A DNA stretch of 32,000 nt, from NCBI RefSeq assembly GCF_037902255.1, contig NZ_CP147990.1:810001-842000 (forward strand), in the 5' to 3' direction. Position 1 is the first letter of the stretch. Every line of letters begins with the position of its first letter. A model generated the notes under the pieces. That model saw nothing but the letters and a program-made list of their open reading frames with translations. It ran no database searches and was not told where the DNA came from. The position numbers were made by a program, and so were the translations under genes. The DNA is from Candidatus Electrothrix sp. GW3-4 (GTDB lineage: Bacteria; Desulfobacterota; Desulfobulbia; Desulfobulbales; Desulfobulbaceae). Of the stretch, positions 1 through 7,073 are shown one piece after another.

Positions 1-393
1 AGCACCGAGCAGCCTGCCGACCTTGGGTACAGTCCCTGCATCCACCAGACCAGAGGAGCCCAGTTCCAGCTCATCCAGCAGGGCCTGCATCCTGACCCGT
101 TCCACCACCCGGAGCTGCTCCACCTTGGCCAGATCTGTGATCAACATCACAGCCAGGCCTTTTTGCAGCGGTGAGAGTTTGTCTTGTCCTGATTTGTTGT
201 TGAAGTAGAGCACGGCAAGGGAATTCGATGGGCTGGCCGCACCCTGGGTCGAAAGCGCTTTTTCCTGCTGGATGGCCTGCTTGGCCCAGTCGCGTTCCGT
301 TTGGGTAACGACCTGGCTGGCCTGGGCAAGGGCTGCGCTGTAGAGCCAGATAAGCGTTGCAGCCGCTCCGCGAAAAAATGGGGTGTAGCTCAT
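1..393 (-). CDS. N-terminal part of an exported CsgG/HfaB-like (TolB-N-like fold) domain protein; the 3' end lies outside the window
   Basis: It is absent from the ORF track because it runs off the window edge. The ATG at 393-391 is preceded by GGAGGA (rc of 399-404) with a 5-nt spacer. The frame is open for 131 codons to position 1. The translation begins MSYTPFFRGAAATLIWLYSAALAQA (signal-like). It continues ...SLAVLYFNNKSGQDKLSPLQKGLAVMLITDLAKVEQLRVVERVRMQALLDELELGSSGLVDAGTVPKVGRLLGA, a pattern I associate with CsgG/LpoB-type periplasmic modules. Confidence 0.55.
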   Translation of the reverse strand, partial: MSYTPFFRGAAATLIWLYSAALAQASQVVTQTERDWAKQAIQQEKALSTQGAASPSNSLAVLYFNNKSGQDKLSPLQKGLAVMLITDLAKVEQLRVVERVRMQALLDELELGSSGLVDAGTVPKVGRLLGA

Positions 394-495
394 ATATTTC
401 CTCCTCGATAGAAAAAAACAGGGTGGGTTGATACCGGAAAAGGTGAAACTCCTGCTTGTCTGAATACGCCTGGGTAACCACCTCATGAAAATAAA

Positions 496-1056
496 TCAGG
501 GAAGCCGCTGGAGTGCTCTTGCTGCTAATTCCTTTGCCTGCGGCAAATTTTCTTTTGCAGTACCTGCGGTTATCTTGATGCTGAAATAATATCTTTTGCT
601 CAGGACGTACAGCTCTCCGGTTGGAGCAGGCAAGCCGACAAGCCAATAGGCCTTTTCGCCAATGCCTTGCACAGGATCGCAGGAATCAAGGAGCGAGATC
701 GGATTGTTGGGAGATTGCAGGGAAGCGATCAATTCGTTCAATGCCTGCGCTGCCTCTGAGGGATTTTTTTTGTCCTGGAGTTGGATGATCACAGAGCGGT
801 TATCCTGCTTGCCATCAAGGGCGGCAAAATGACACTGGGTTGTTCCGGCCATGATGGAGCTTCCTGACAGTGCAAACAGATCAGCGAGATTGCCGTCTGT
901 TACCTGAACGCCCGCTGTATCTTGAACCTCTTTTTTTGTGATTAATCCACAGGCATTCAGCTTGGTTGGCGTGTGAGGAGAGGCCAAGGCAAAGGCTGGG
1001 CAGGACAACCAGATGAGGGTTGCAACTGTGAAATGAAGAATTGGGGGGCGTTGCAT
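496..1056 (-). CDS. exported hypothetical protein (signal peptide, possible lipoprotein)
   Basis: This is track ORF 496..1071. I prefer the second ATG (1056-1054) because GGGAGA lies 7 nt upstream. The N-terminus MQRPPILHFTVATLIWLSCPAFALA is signal-peptide-like. I recognise no family. It is co-directional with the 1..393 gene. Confidence 0.6.
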   Translation of the reverse strand: MQRPPILHFTVATLIWLSCPAFALASPHTPTKLNACGLITKKEVQDTAGVQVTDGNLADLFALSGSSIMAGTTQCHFAALDGKQDNRSVIIQLQDKKNPSEAAQALNELIASLQSPNNPISLLDSCDPVQGIGEKAYWLVGLPAPTGELYVLSKRYYFSIKITAGTAKENLPQAKELAARALQRLP

Positions 1057-1097
1057 TCTTTTTTCTCCCATAGAGTTTCAAAGATAGTGGCGGGTGT

Positions 1098-1147
1098 AAA
1101 AAATTGTACAGCATCCTGTTTTTTTATTGTTCTACTCCAACAGGATG
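1098..1147 (-). terminator. possible intrinsic terminator downstream of the ABC permease gene
   Basis: A 9-bp stem pairs CATCCTGTT (1112-1120) with AACAGGATG (1139-1147) around an 18-nt loop. On the minus-strand RNA the hairpin is followed by ..AAUUUUUU (rc of 1098-1105). Confidence 0.35.
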
Positions 1148-1285
1148 AAGGTGTCAATCCCGTCATTTTCATATTTTGTTCTAAGCGCAGGCTCATGGCC
1201 TCTTACCTGAAAGTGGTTGGCGAAGCCGACCAGGTTTCTTCCCTCCTTTATGAGGACGAGGAGAAAAGTGCTTCTCTTGAAGATC

Positions 1286-2536
1286 TTAGGAAGAACTGCC
1301 AAGTGCTTGGATCGGATCCATTGCCGCCGCCTTACGGGCCGGGTAGATCCCGAAGAACAGGCCAGTGAGAAGGGATATGCCCAGAGGAAGGGCGAGCAGG
1401 GGTATGGAAAATCCAATGGGCCAGCCGGTCAGCATACCAAGGCATAAAGAGAGAAGGATGCCGCAGAGAATACCTATAATTCCGCCAATAAGGGTGAGCA
1501 AGATAGCCTCGCCCAGGAATTGGAGGAGGATATGTTCCGGGCGGGCACCTACTGCCCGCCGGAGGCCTATCTCATGGATGCGTTCGGAGATATTGGCGAG
1601 CATGATATTCATAATGCCTATGCCGCCGACAAAGAGGGTGATAGCGCCGATGATGCCGAAGACCAGATTAAAGATGCCCTGGATTTTCCTGGCCTGGGCC
1701 AGCATTTCCAGGGGAATGATGAGCTGAAAGTCATTTACCCCGTTATGGGCCATATGCAGGCTTCGGCGGAGGAGGGCAGCACAGGGTTTGACCTGATCCG
1801 GCTGTTTAACCTCAATAAGGAGCTCGGTCAGGGGGGCTGCCTCCTCGCTGTTGCCTTCCAGGGTGTCCAGGGGAAAGAAGATGCTGTTATTGAGGTTCTG
1901 CATGGTGACCTTGCCTTGTTCCGTATTCAATGCATCCTGCCGGGCAAGGATGCCAATGACCAGGAACAATTGCTCACCAATGCGGATCTCCTGGTTAAGC
2001 TGTCCTTTTTGGCCCAAGCTGATGGCGACCTGCCAGCCCAGTACGCAGACCTGCTGACGGCGCTCTGTGTCAGTCTCGCTGAGAAAGCGTCCCTGTGCCA
2101 TCTGGATACCGAGGATATCGCCATAACTGGCCGTGCATTCCATGAGTCGGGGATGCAGACCTCGGGGGAGGTCAGTCAGGTTGAGGGTCCGTTCTCTGGC
2201 GCCTGCTGTGTTGCGGAGAAAGGGATTATTGGTGCGCAGCCTTTCCCGGTCGCTGTTTTGTAGGCCAGCAGAGTGCTGCTGCTTGGCACGGTGTAGCTGT
2301 TCTTCTGTGAGCTGATCTGCACGGATAAATATATTGGTGATGCCCATCTGCTCAATATGGCGCATGGTCTCCTGCTCCGCCCCTTTGCCGATGGCGATCA
2401 CGGCCACCACGGCCATAATTCCACAGACGATGCCCAGGATGGAGAGGAGGGAACGGAGTTTATGCTGGAGCAGGGAAAGGCAGGCGCTTTTCAAAAGAAC
2501 CCGGGCGCGATGCCCCTGTTTATTGTAAACGGCCAT
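1286..2536 (-). CDS. ABC transporter permease, MacB/FtsX family (periplasmic MacB_PCD-like domain plus C-terminal FtsX 4-TM bundle)
   Basis: This 416-aa ORF has an N-terminal TM helix (LLSILGIVCGIMAVVAVIAIG), a large soluble domain and a hydrophobic C-terminal FtsX-like region (..FGIIGAITLFVGGIGIMNIMLANISERIHEIGLRRAVGA..). It overlaps the upstream ATPase gene by 17 nt. Confidence 0.9.
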   Translation of the reverse strand: MAVYNKQGHRARVLLKSACLSLLQHKLRSLLSILGIVCGIMAVVAVIAIGKGAEQETMRHIEQMGITNIFIRADQLTEEQLHRAKQQHSAGLQNSDRERLRTNNPFLRNTAGARERTLNLTDLPRGLHPRLMECTASYGDILGIQMAQGRFLSETDTERRQQVCVLGWQVAISLGQKGQLNQEIRIGEQLFLVIGILARQDALNTEQGKVTMQNLNNSIFFPLDTLEGNSEEAAPLTELLIEVKQPDQVKPCAALLRRSLHMAHNGVNDFQLIIPLEMLAQARKIQGIFNLVFGIIGAITLFVGGIGIMNIMLANISERIHEIGLRRAVGARPEHILLQFLGEAILLTLIGGIIGILCGILLSLCLGMLTGWPIGFSIPLLALPLGISLLTGLFFGIYPARKAAAMDPIQALGSSS

Positions 2537-3182
2537 TGCGCAGATATCTGGTGGTACGGGCTTGCCCGGCGATTGCAGGATCGTGGGTCACCAGGACCAG
2601 GGTGCAGCCCTGTTGGTTGATCTCCCGGAAGAGGGCGAGAATTTCCTGGCTGCTGTTCTGATCCAGATTGCCGGTGGGCTCGTCAGCGAGAATGAGGGCC
2701 GGTTTGACCGCTAAGGCCCTAGCTATGGCCACCCGTTGCATCTCTCCACCGGAAAGCTCATTCGGTTTATGCTGGATCCTCTGTTTAAGCCCCACTTGCT
2801 CAATGGCCCGGCGGGCCTCTGTCTCTGCCTGCTCTGGCGGGATACTGTTATAGAGTGAAGGAAGGAGGACGTTCTCCAGCACGGTCATGGTGGGCAGGAG
2901 GTGAAATTGCTGAAAGACATGGGCAATGGTCTCGGCCCGGAGCTGGGCCAGCTCTTTTTCCTCCAGTTGGAGGATATCCTGGCCGCGCAGGAGGCAGGTG
3001 CCGCTGGTGGGCTTGAGCAGGCAGCCCAGGATATGGAGCAGGGTGGACTTGCCCGAGCCGGAGCTGCCCATGATAGCGAGAAAGTCGTTTTCCTCGATAT
3101 CCAGATCAACGCCTTGCAGGACCTGGAGACAACCTGAGCCATGTTTGTACTGATGGCTGATGTTACGGGCGGAGATGAGCAT
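2520..3182 (-). CDS. ABC transporter ATP-binding protein (MacB/LolD-type ATPase)
   Basis: Walker A is GSSGSGKST, the ABC signature is [15 protein letters not shown] and Walker B is [12 protein letters not shown], with an H-loop THD. No Shine-Dalgarno-like sequence precedes the ATG in the present context (see findings). Confidence 0.95.
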   Translation of the reverse strand: MLISARNISHQYKHGSGCLQVLQGVDLDIEENDFLAIMGSSGSGKSTLLHILGCLLKPTSGTCLLRGQDILQLEEKELAQLRAETIAHVFQQFHLLPTMTVLENVLLPSLYNSIPPEQAETEARRAIEQVGLKQRIQHKPNELSGGEMQRVAIARALAVKPALILADEPTGNLDQNSSQEILALFREINQQGCTLVLVTHDPAIAGQARTTRYLRNGRLQ

Positions 3183-3185
3183 TAT
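3176..3185. repeat. left copy of the 10-bp direct repeat TGAGCATTAT bounding the island; it contains the ATPase start codon
   Basis: An exact decamer is shared with 8910-8919. Its reverse complement ATAATGCTCA holds the ATG at 3182-3180. Confidence 0.85.
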
Positions 3186-3470
3186 GTTGCTGGAAAGCTG
3201 AATGTTATAAATACTTCCGTTCGCAGGATTTCAGTGCGATCAAGATTCCCCGAGCTTCAGGGGCTTTACAGGAATCTGCAGGAGGTCAAGGCAATGTTAT
3301 GAATATTTTTTTTAGTCGGGCGGAATTTTGAATAATAACGCAATGCGTGAATAACGTCAAACGTGATAGCAGTTGATCGCTCAAACTTTGATCAGGGCAT
3401 TTTTTTGTTGCGCCACAAGTGTTTTTACGCTGTATCTCATTGTCACGTTAAGGATTTTTGTGAAAAACAG

Positions 3471-3500
3471 TTGACGGGCACGGATTAACAGGGATATGTT
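3471..3500 (+). promoter_or_regulatory. candidate sigma70-type promoter for the island leader/ROCO transcript
   Basis: TTGACG (3471-3476) is followed by a 17-18-nt spacer and ATATGT/TATGTT (3494-3500). This was matched by eye only. Confidence 0.3.
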
Positions 3501-3673
3501 GCGTTTACCATAACAAATGGCAATCCTTAGTTTAACTGAGCGGGTGCCCTGCTTTCCTGTCGGATCGGGAAGCTGATAAAGCCACAACTGTCGTGAGGCG
3601 GTGTCGGAAAGCCACGGGTCTTCGGGGAGGAGACAGCCGGGTTGCCTGCTTTTACCTGTACCGGAGGTGTGTT

Positions 3674-3772
3674 ATGAGTTCTTTATTTCATTCAAGTACC
3701 TTTTCCAGCTTTATCGGCAGGTCTGTTGACTGTCGTGACTCCTCGTACTCGTTTCTATCCCTCAATAGTTAA
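3674..3772 (+). CDS. possible 32-codon Ser-rich leader mini-ORF (MSSLFHSSTFSSFIGRSVDCRDSSYSFLSLNS)
   Basis: The ATG at 3674 follows GGAGG (3663-3667) after a 6-nt spacer, and the stop is TAA at 3770-3772. Twelve of 32 codons are Ser. It is below the ORF-track size cutoff, and there is no homology evidence. Confidence 0.25.
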   Translation: MSSLFHSSTFSSFIGRSVDCRDSSYSFLSLNS

Positions 3773-3840
3773 TCGGGGTTTGATCCTAATGACCCTAGAT
3801 GGCGGAAAAGGGTATAAGTCCGGTCCAACAGGTAATTACA

Positions 3841-3875
3841 GTAGGGGCGACCGGCCGGTCGCCCCTACAGCGCAC
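3841..3875. repeat. REP-like element, copy 1: GTAGGGGCGACCGGCCGGTCGCCCCTACAGCGCAC (28-bp perfect palindrome plus a 7-bp tail)
   Basis: The palindrome GTAGGGGCGACCGG/CCGGTCGCCCCTAC is perfect. The GTAG head and CTAC end resemble REP elements. It lies 99 nt upstream of the ROCO ATG. Confidence 0.85.
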
Positions 3876-3973
3876 GCCGTGTTAGCATTGGCCCCGGTGC
3901 TCATCGTACATAATGCCCCAAAGGGGCTGTATCTAATCAGCTCAGGCTAACGCCCTGAGCCATCTGTATACCG

Positions 3974-6724
3974 ATGGATAGAGAAGCAATAGAAAAAGAA
4001 CTGGCACAGTTCCCTGGGGAATGGGCTGCGGCTTTTGCTGCCCGCTGTGCTGCCCAATGCCTGCCTGCCTTGTTGGAAAAAAAAGATCCGACAGACAGTT
4101 GGTTTGCCTATTGGCCAGACAAAAAGCGGGATCAGTATCTCTTTGCCGTGTTCCGGGCAAACAGTGTAGCTTCCGCCGTTACAGGTGTCGCCTCCTCCGC
4201 CTACATCAACACCGCCTTCAACGCCGCCATCGACGCCGCAGACGCCTCCGTCTACGCCTCCTACGCAGACGCCTCCGCCTATGCCGCCTTCTCGGCCTCC
4301 GCCGTCTTAGACTCCTTCGACACCTCCGCCTCCGCTGTCAACATCACCGCCAACGTAACCGGCCTAGATATTTCGCAACAGCTTGCTCTTCTCAGAAAAG
4401 CCTGCAACAGCCAAGGCAGTTTTACCGACTACCTGTTCCAGCCCCTCTGGCAGCCTGGGGAGGAATGGTATGAACGCGCCAAGGAGTTTGTCCAGGTTCT
4501 CCGTGAGTATGGTTCCGGCTTTGACTTCTGGGCAGACTGGTACGAGGACCGGCTAGAGGGCAGAGCACCGGACAAGGACCTGCTGGATGCCATCGCCAAT
4601 CTATCATACGAGCAGCTGACTCAGGAACCGGCCCAGATCAACGCCTACCTGAAGAGCCTTGTCCATAAAGAGGACTTGGCCGAAAGCAGCCTGAACCGGG
4701 TGCGGGTTATCTTTCTTGGCTACGGTGCCACCGGCAAGACCTCCCTGATCCGGGTGCTCAATAACAAGAAGGTGGTAGAAGGCAAGGAACCCATGACCGC
4801 TGGCATCGACATTCTGGACTGGAAGGTCCCGGACTCGGACATCACAGCCCATTTCTGGGACTTTGGCGGTCAGGTCATGACCCATGCCACCCACCAGTTC
4901 TTCCTGCGCTCGAAATGCCTGTACATCCTGGTCCTGGACGGCAGGACCGAGATCAACGCCAATGAGCAGGCCGAGTACTGGCTGGATCATGTGCGGGCCT
5001 TTGGCAGGGACGCGCCGGTCATGCTCATCGGCAATAAGGCCGACCTCTGCCCGGTGAATCTGGACATGGCCCGACTCCGGGACAAGCACCCCAATGTGAC
5101 TGACTTCTACCCTCTGTCCTGCACCCAATATCGCGGCAACTATGCCCCTCATTTTCAACGCTTCCGGGCTGACCTGCTCCAACAGATCCTGGCCGTGGGT
5201 ATGCACGGCATCCGCTTCCTCAAGCCCCACTTCACCGTCCTGCAGGAGCTGATCAGCCGTTCCGGCAGGGACTCCTTTCTCCGCAAATCAGCCTACGAGA
5301 ACCTGTGCAAGGATAAGGGCGTGGCTAAACAGGGCGACCTGAACCGGGACTGGCTCCTTGACCTGCTGGACAAGCTGGGCGTGGTTCTCCACTTCCCGGA
5401 CATCGCAGACCTGGACAGCCTGATCCTCAACCCCCGCTGGCTCACCTATGGGGTATATCGCCTGCTCTACTCGGAAGCAGCCCAGCAAGCCAAGGGGCGG
5501 CTCAAGGAGCAGGAGGTCATCAGCATCCTGAGCCGACGGGAGGTGGATGATAACCTGGGCAATCCGCTCAGTTATACCCCGGACAAGGCAGGTATCGTAA
5601 TCAAGGCTATGGAACGCTTCCGGCTCTGCTTCCGCTGCCGCCTGGACCCGGACCTGCTCATTATCCCGGCCCTGCTGGAAACAGACCAGCCTGCCCACGG
5701 CTTTATCAAGGCAGACAGTCTCTGCTTCAGCTTTGCCTTTCAGGGCTTCCTGCCCCGCCATGTGCTGCCCAACTTCACTGTGGCCCGCCATGACGAGATA
5801 GCTGACGAGATGGTCTGGCAGAACGGGGTGGTTCTGCGTGCTGAGGATGGCAGGGCCGAGGCCCTGGTCCAGGCTGATTACCATGAACGCAGCCTGACCC
5901 TGTGGGTGCGTGGCCCCCAGGCCGGGCAATACTTCCGCTACCTGCACCAGGATATCTGCCGCATCCTGCGCCGGATGCCGGACCTGCGCTTCAGGGAATG
6001 GGTGACGGTGCCGGAATCCACCCGTATCAAAGAGGAAGCAACAGACTTTCCCCTGCGGTCAGGAAACAACGGGGACAGCCCGGCACGCGCCGACTTTCGT
6101 CAGCTCCTGGCTATGGAGGCCAGAGGACAGAGAGAGTACATCTGCGAGTACGGGGCCTTTGATCTGCATTGCATCCTCCAGATTATGCCTGCCCCAGCCC
6201 GGCAGAGCTACAGGCAGGAGATGCACGGGAGGGCAGAGGTGTATTATGTGCAGCAAACTATAAACGGAGACAACAATACCTTATCCGCTACCGGAGAGGT
6301 AACACATAGCTCAGTCAGAGCCGGAGGAAACATGGGACACACATACAAGAACACCATAACCAACAGCGGTAGCGGAGAGCAGAACATTGCTCAGGGTGAC
6401 GGGGCTATTGGCAAGCAGGTCAATATCTCGGAAACGAATGCACCGCAGGCCCCGGTAGAGGATCTGCTCAAGCTACTGACTGAGATCAAGGCCCGACTGC
6501 CTGAGCTGCCGGACAAGGCACAGATAAAACTGCGTAATGCTGTGGAAGAAGTCGAGATGGAAGTACAGGAGGACAAGCCGGATAGAGAGGAGATCGCAGA
6601 CACGCTGACCCGTGCTCAGAAGGTACTCAAGGCTATACCCGGTACCGTGGCAGCGGCCCAGTCTGTGGGTGTTCTGCTGGGCAAGGCCCTGATATGGTGC
6701 GGCAAGGCGGCAGGGATGTCGTAG
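3974..6724 (+). CDS. Roc-COR (ROCO) family GTPase, 916 aa, with an Ala/Ser/Asp/Tyr-rich helical N-terminal region and an N/G/T/Q-rich linker plus amphipathic/hydrophobic C-terminal tail
   Basis: The G1 P-loop is GYGATGKTS (nt 4718-4744), G3 is WDFGGQ (4856-4873) and G4 is NKAD (5033-5044). COR-like sequence follows (..LLDKLGVVLHFPDIADLDSLILNPRWLTYGVYRLL..). The C-terminus is ..NIAQGDGAIGKQVNI..VEDLLKLLTEIKARLPELPDKAQIKLRNAVEE..GTVAAAQSVGVLLGKALIWCGKAAGMS. No SD precedes the ATG. The stop codon TAG (6722-6724) lies inside REP-like copy 2. Confidence 0.85.
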   Translation: MDREAIEKELAQFPGEWAAAFAARCAAQCLPALLEKKDPTDSWFAYWPDKKRDQYLFAVFRANSVASAVTGVASSAYINTAFNAAIDAADASVYASYADASAYAAFSASAVLDSFDTSASAVNITANVTGLDISQQLALLRKACNSQGSFTDYLFQPLWQPGEEWYERAKEFVQVLREYGSGFDFWADWYEDRLEGRAPDKDLLDAIANLSYEQLTQEPAQINAYLKSLVHKEDLAESSLNRVRVIFLGYGATGKTSLIRVLNNKKVVEGKEPMTAGIDILDWKVPDSDITAHFWDFGGQVMTHATHQFFLRSKCLYILVLDGRTEINANEQAEYWLDHVRAFGRDAPVMLIGNKADLCPVNLDMARLRDKHPNVTDFYPLSCTQYRGNYAPHFQRFRADLLQQILAVGMHGIRFLKPHFTVLQELISRSGRDSFLRKSAYENLCKDKGVAKQGDLNRDWLLDLLDKLGVVLHFPDIADLDSLILNPRWLTYGVYRLLYSEAAQQAKGRLKEQEVISILSRREVDDNLGNPLSYTPDKAGIVIKAMERFRLCFRCRLDPDLLIIPALLETDQPAHGFIKADSLCFSFAFQGFLPRHVLPNFTVARHDEIADEMVWQNGVVLRAEDGRAEALVQADYHERSLTLWVRGPQAGQYFRYLHQDICRILRRMPDLRFREWVTVPESTRIKEEATDFPLRSGNNGDSPARADFRQLLAMEARGQREYICEYGAFDLHCILQIMPAPARQSYRQEMHGRAEVYYVQQTINGDNNTLSATGEVTHSSVRAGGNMGHTYKNTITNSGSGEQNIAQGDGAIGKQVNISETNAPQAPVEDLLKLLTEIKARLPELPDKAQIKLRNAVEEVEMEVQEDKPDREEIADTLTRAQKVLKAIPGTVAAAQSVGVLLGKALIWCGKAAGMS

Positions 6725-6755
6725 GGGCGACCGGCCGGTTGCCCCTACAGCGCAC
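6721..6755. repeat. REP-like element, copy 2 (34/35 identical to copy 1, same orientation of the AGCGCAC tail)
   Basis: The sequence is GTAGGGGCGACCGGCCGGTTGCCCCTACAGCGCAC. It starts exactly 2880 bp after copy 1 and has a single C-to-T difference at 6740. Confidence 0.85.
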
Positions 6756-6836
6756 CACTTCTGGACATGCCCTGTTGGTGCGGAGACCGTAACCTACGAG
6801 CTGAAAAACAGCATGCCTTCCGTGAGACAAACACGG

Positions 6837-6951
6837 TAGGGTTTGCCTTCCAAAAGGCGTAGGTTTTGCCTGTCAAAAGGCATAGGGTTTGCCTTCCAAA
6901 AGGCATGGGTTTTGTCTATCAAAAGGCGTAAGGTTTGCCTTCCTGATGGGC
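6837..6951. repeat. tandem array of five 23-bp units (alternating A/B subtypes, i.e. a 46-bp higher-order period), each with a GCCTT-N4-AAGGC mini-palindrome
   Basis: The units are TAGGGTTTGCCTTCCAAAAGGCG (6837), TAGGTTTTGCCTGTCAAAAGGCA (6860), TAGGGTTTGCCTTCCAAAAGGCA (6883), TGGGTTTTGTCTATCAAAAGGCG (6906) and TAAGGTTTGCCTTCCTGATGGGC (6929). The 23-bp phasing continues with GGGCACCC at 6948 and 6971. Confidence 0.85.
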
Positions 6952-7073
6952 ACCCCTTAGACACCCTGAGGGGCACCCTTTTGATTCGCAAAAATACTCG
7001 AATTGATCAATGTCTATATCCATCTCTTTCCATAAAGAATAATCATTTCTTATCAGGAGGTTCCCCATGCCGG

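Noticed and set aside
71-646. A 191-aa minus-strand ORF overlapping two neighbouring genes.
   Set aside because: It is out of frame with the SD-preceded ORF 1..393 and with the signal-peptide ORF 496..1056, which explain the region better. Its translation is Arg/Gly/Pro-rich with no features.
3540-3960. Possible RNase P RNA, cobalamin riboswitch or c-di-GMP-I riboswitch in the ROCO leader. Suggestive strings include GAAGCTGA...CTGTCG, a UUCG-capped GC segment, AAAGCCAC.., AGCCGGGTTGCC, AAGTCCGG, and AGCTGAT/ATCAGCT at the two ends.
   Set aside because: The universally conserved cores are missing: GGAAAGUCCGGGC and ACAGAA..CCGGCUUA for RNase P, the B12 box, and the GEMM junction with its tetraloop/receptor helices. 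I also could not build the expected helices by hand. It is kept only as 'unclassified structured leader'.
4604-5947. Long minus-strand ORFs (208 aa and 219 aa) inside the ROCO gene.
   Set aside because: They lie antisense to a gene with clear G-domain and COR motifs. Their translations are low-complexity and Gly/Ala/Arg/Val-rich with no motifs. This is typical of shadow ORFs in GC-rich coding sequence.
3841-6755. The palindromic repeats interpreted as integron attC sites, with ROCO as a gene cassette.
   Set aside because: There are no RYYYAAC/GTTRRRY core sites at the repeat borders, no extrahelical-base asymmetry and no intI or attI in the window. A perfect 28-bp palindrome is unlike attC.
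6837-6951. The 23-bp array (and the 21-nt array at 21738-21947) interpreted as CRISPR.
   Set aside because: The units are contiguous with no unique spacers, are shorter than typical CRISPR repeats, and no cas genes are present.
6843-7073. An N-terminal extension of the HU-like ORF (TTG 6843) reading through the 23-bp tandem array.
   Set aside because: The 77 extra codons merely translate the repeat units (..FCLSKGIGFAFQKAWVLSIKRRKV..). The family-typical N-terminal motif begins at the TTG at 7074, which also has an upstream AGGAGG.
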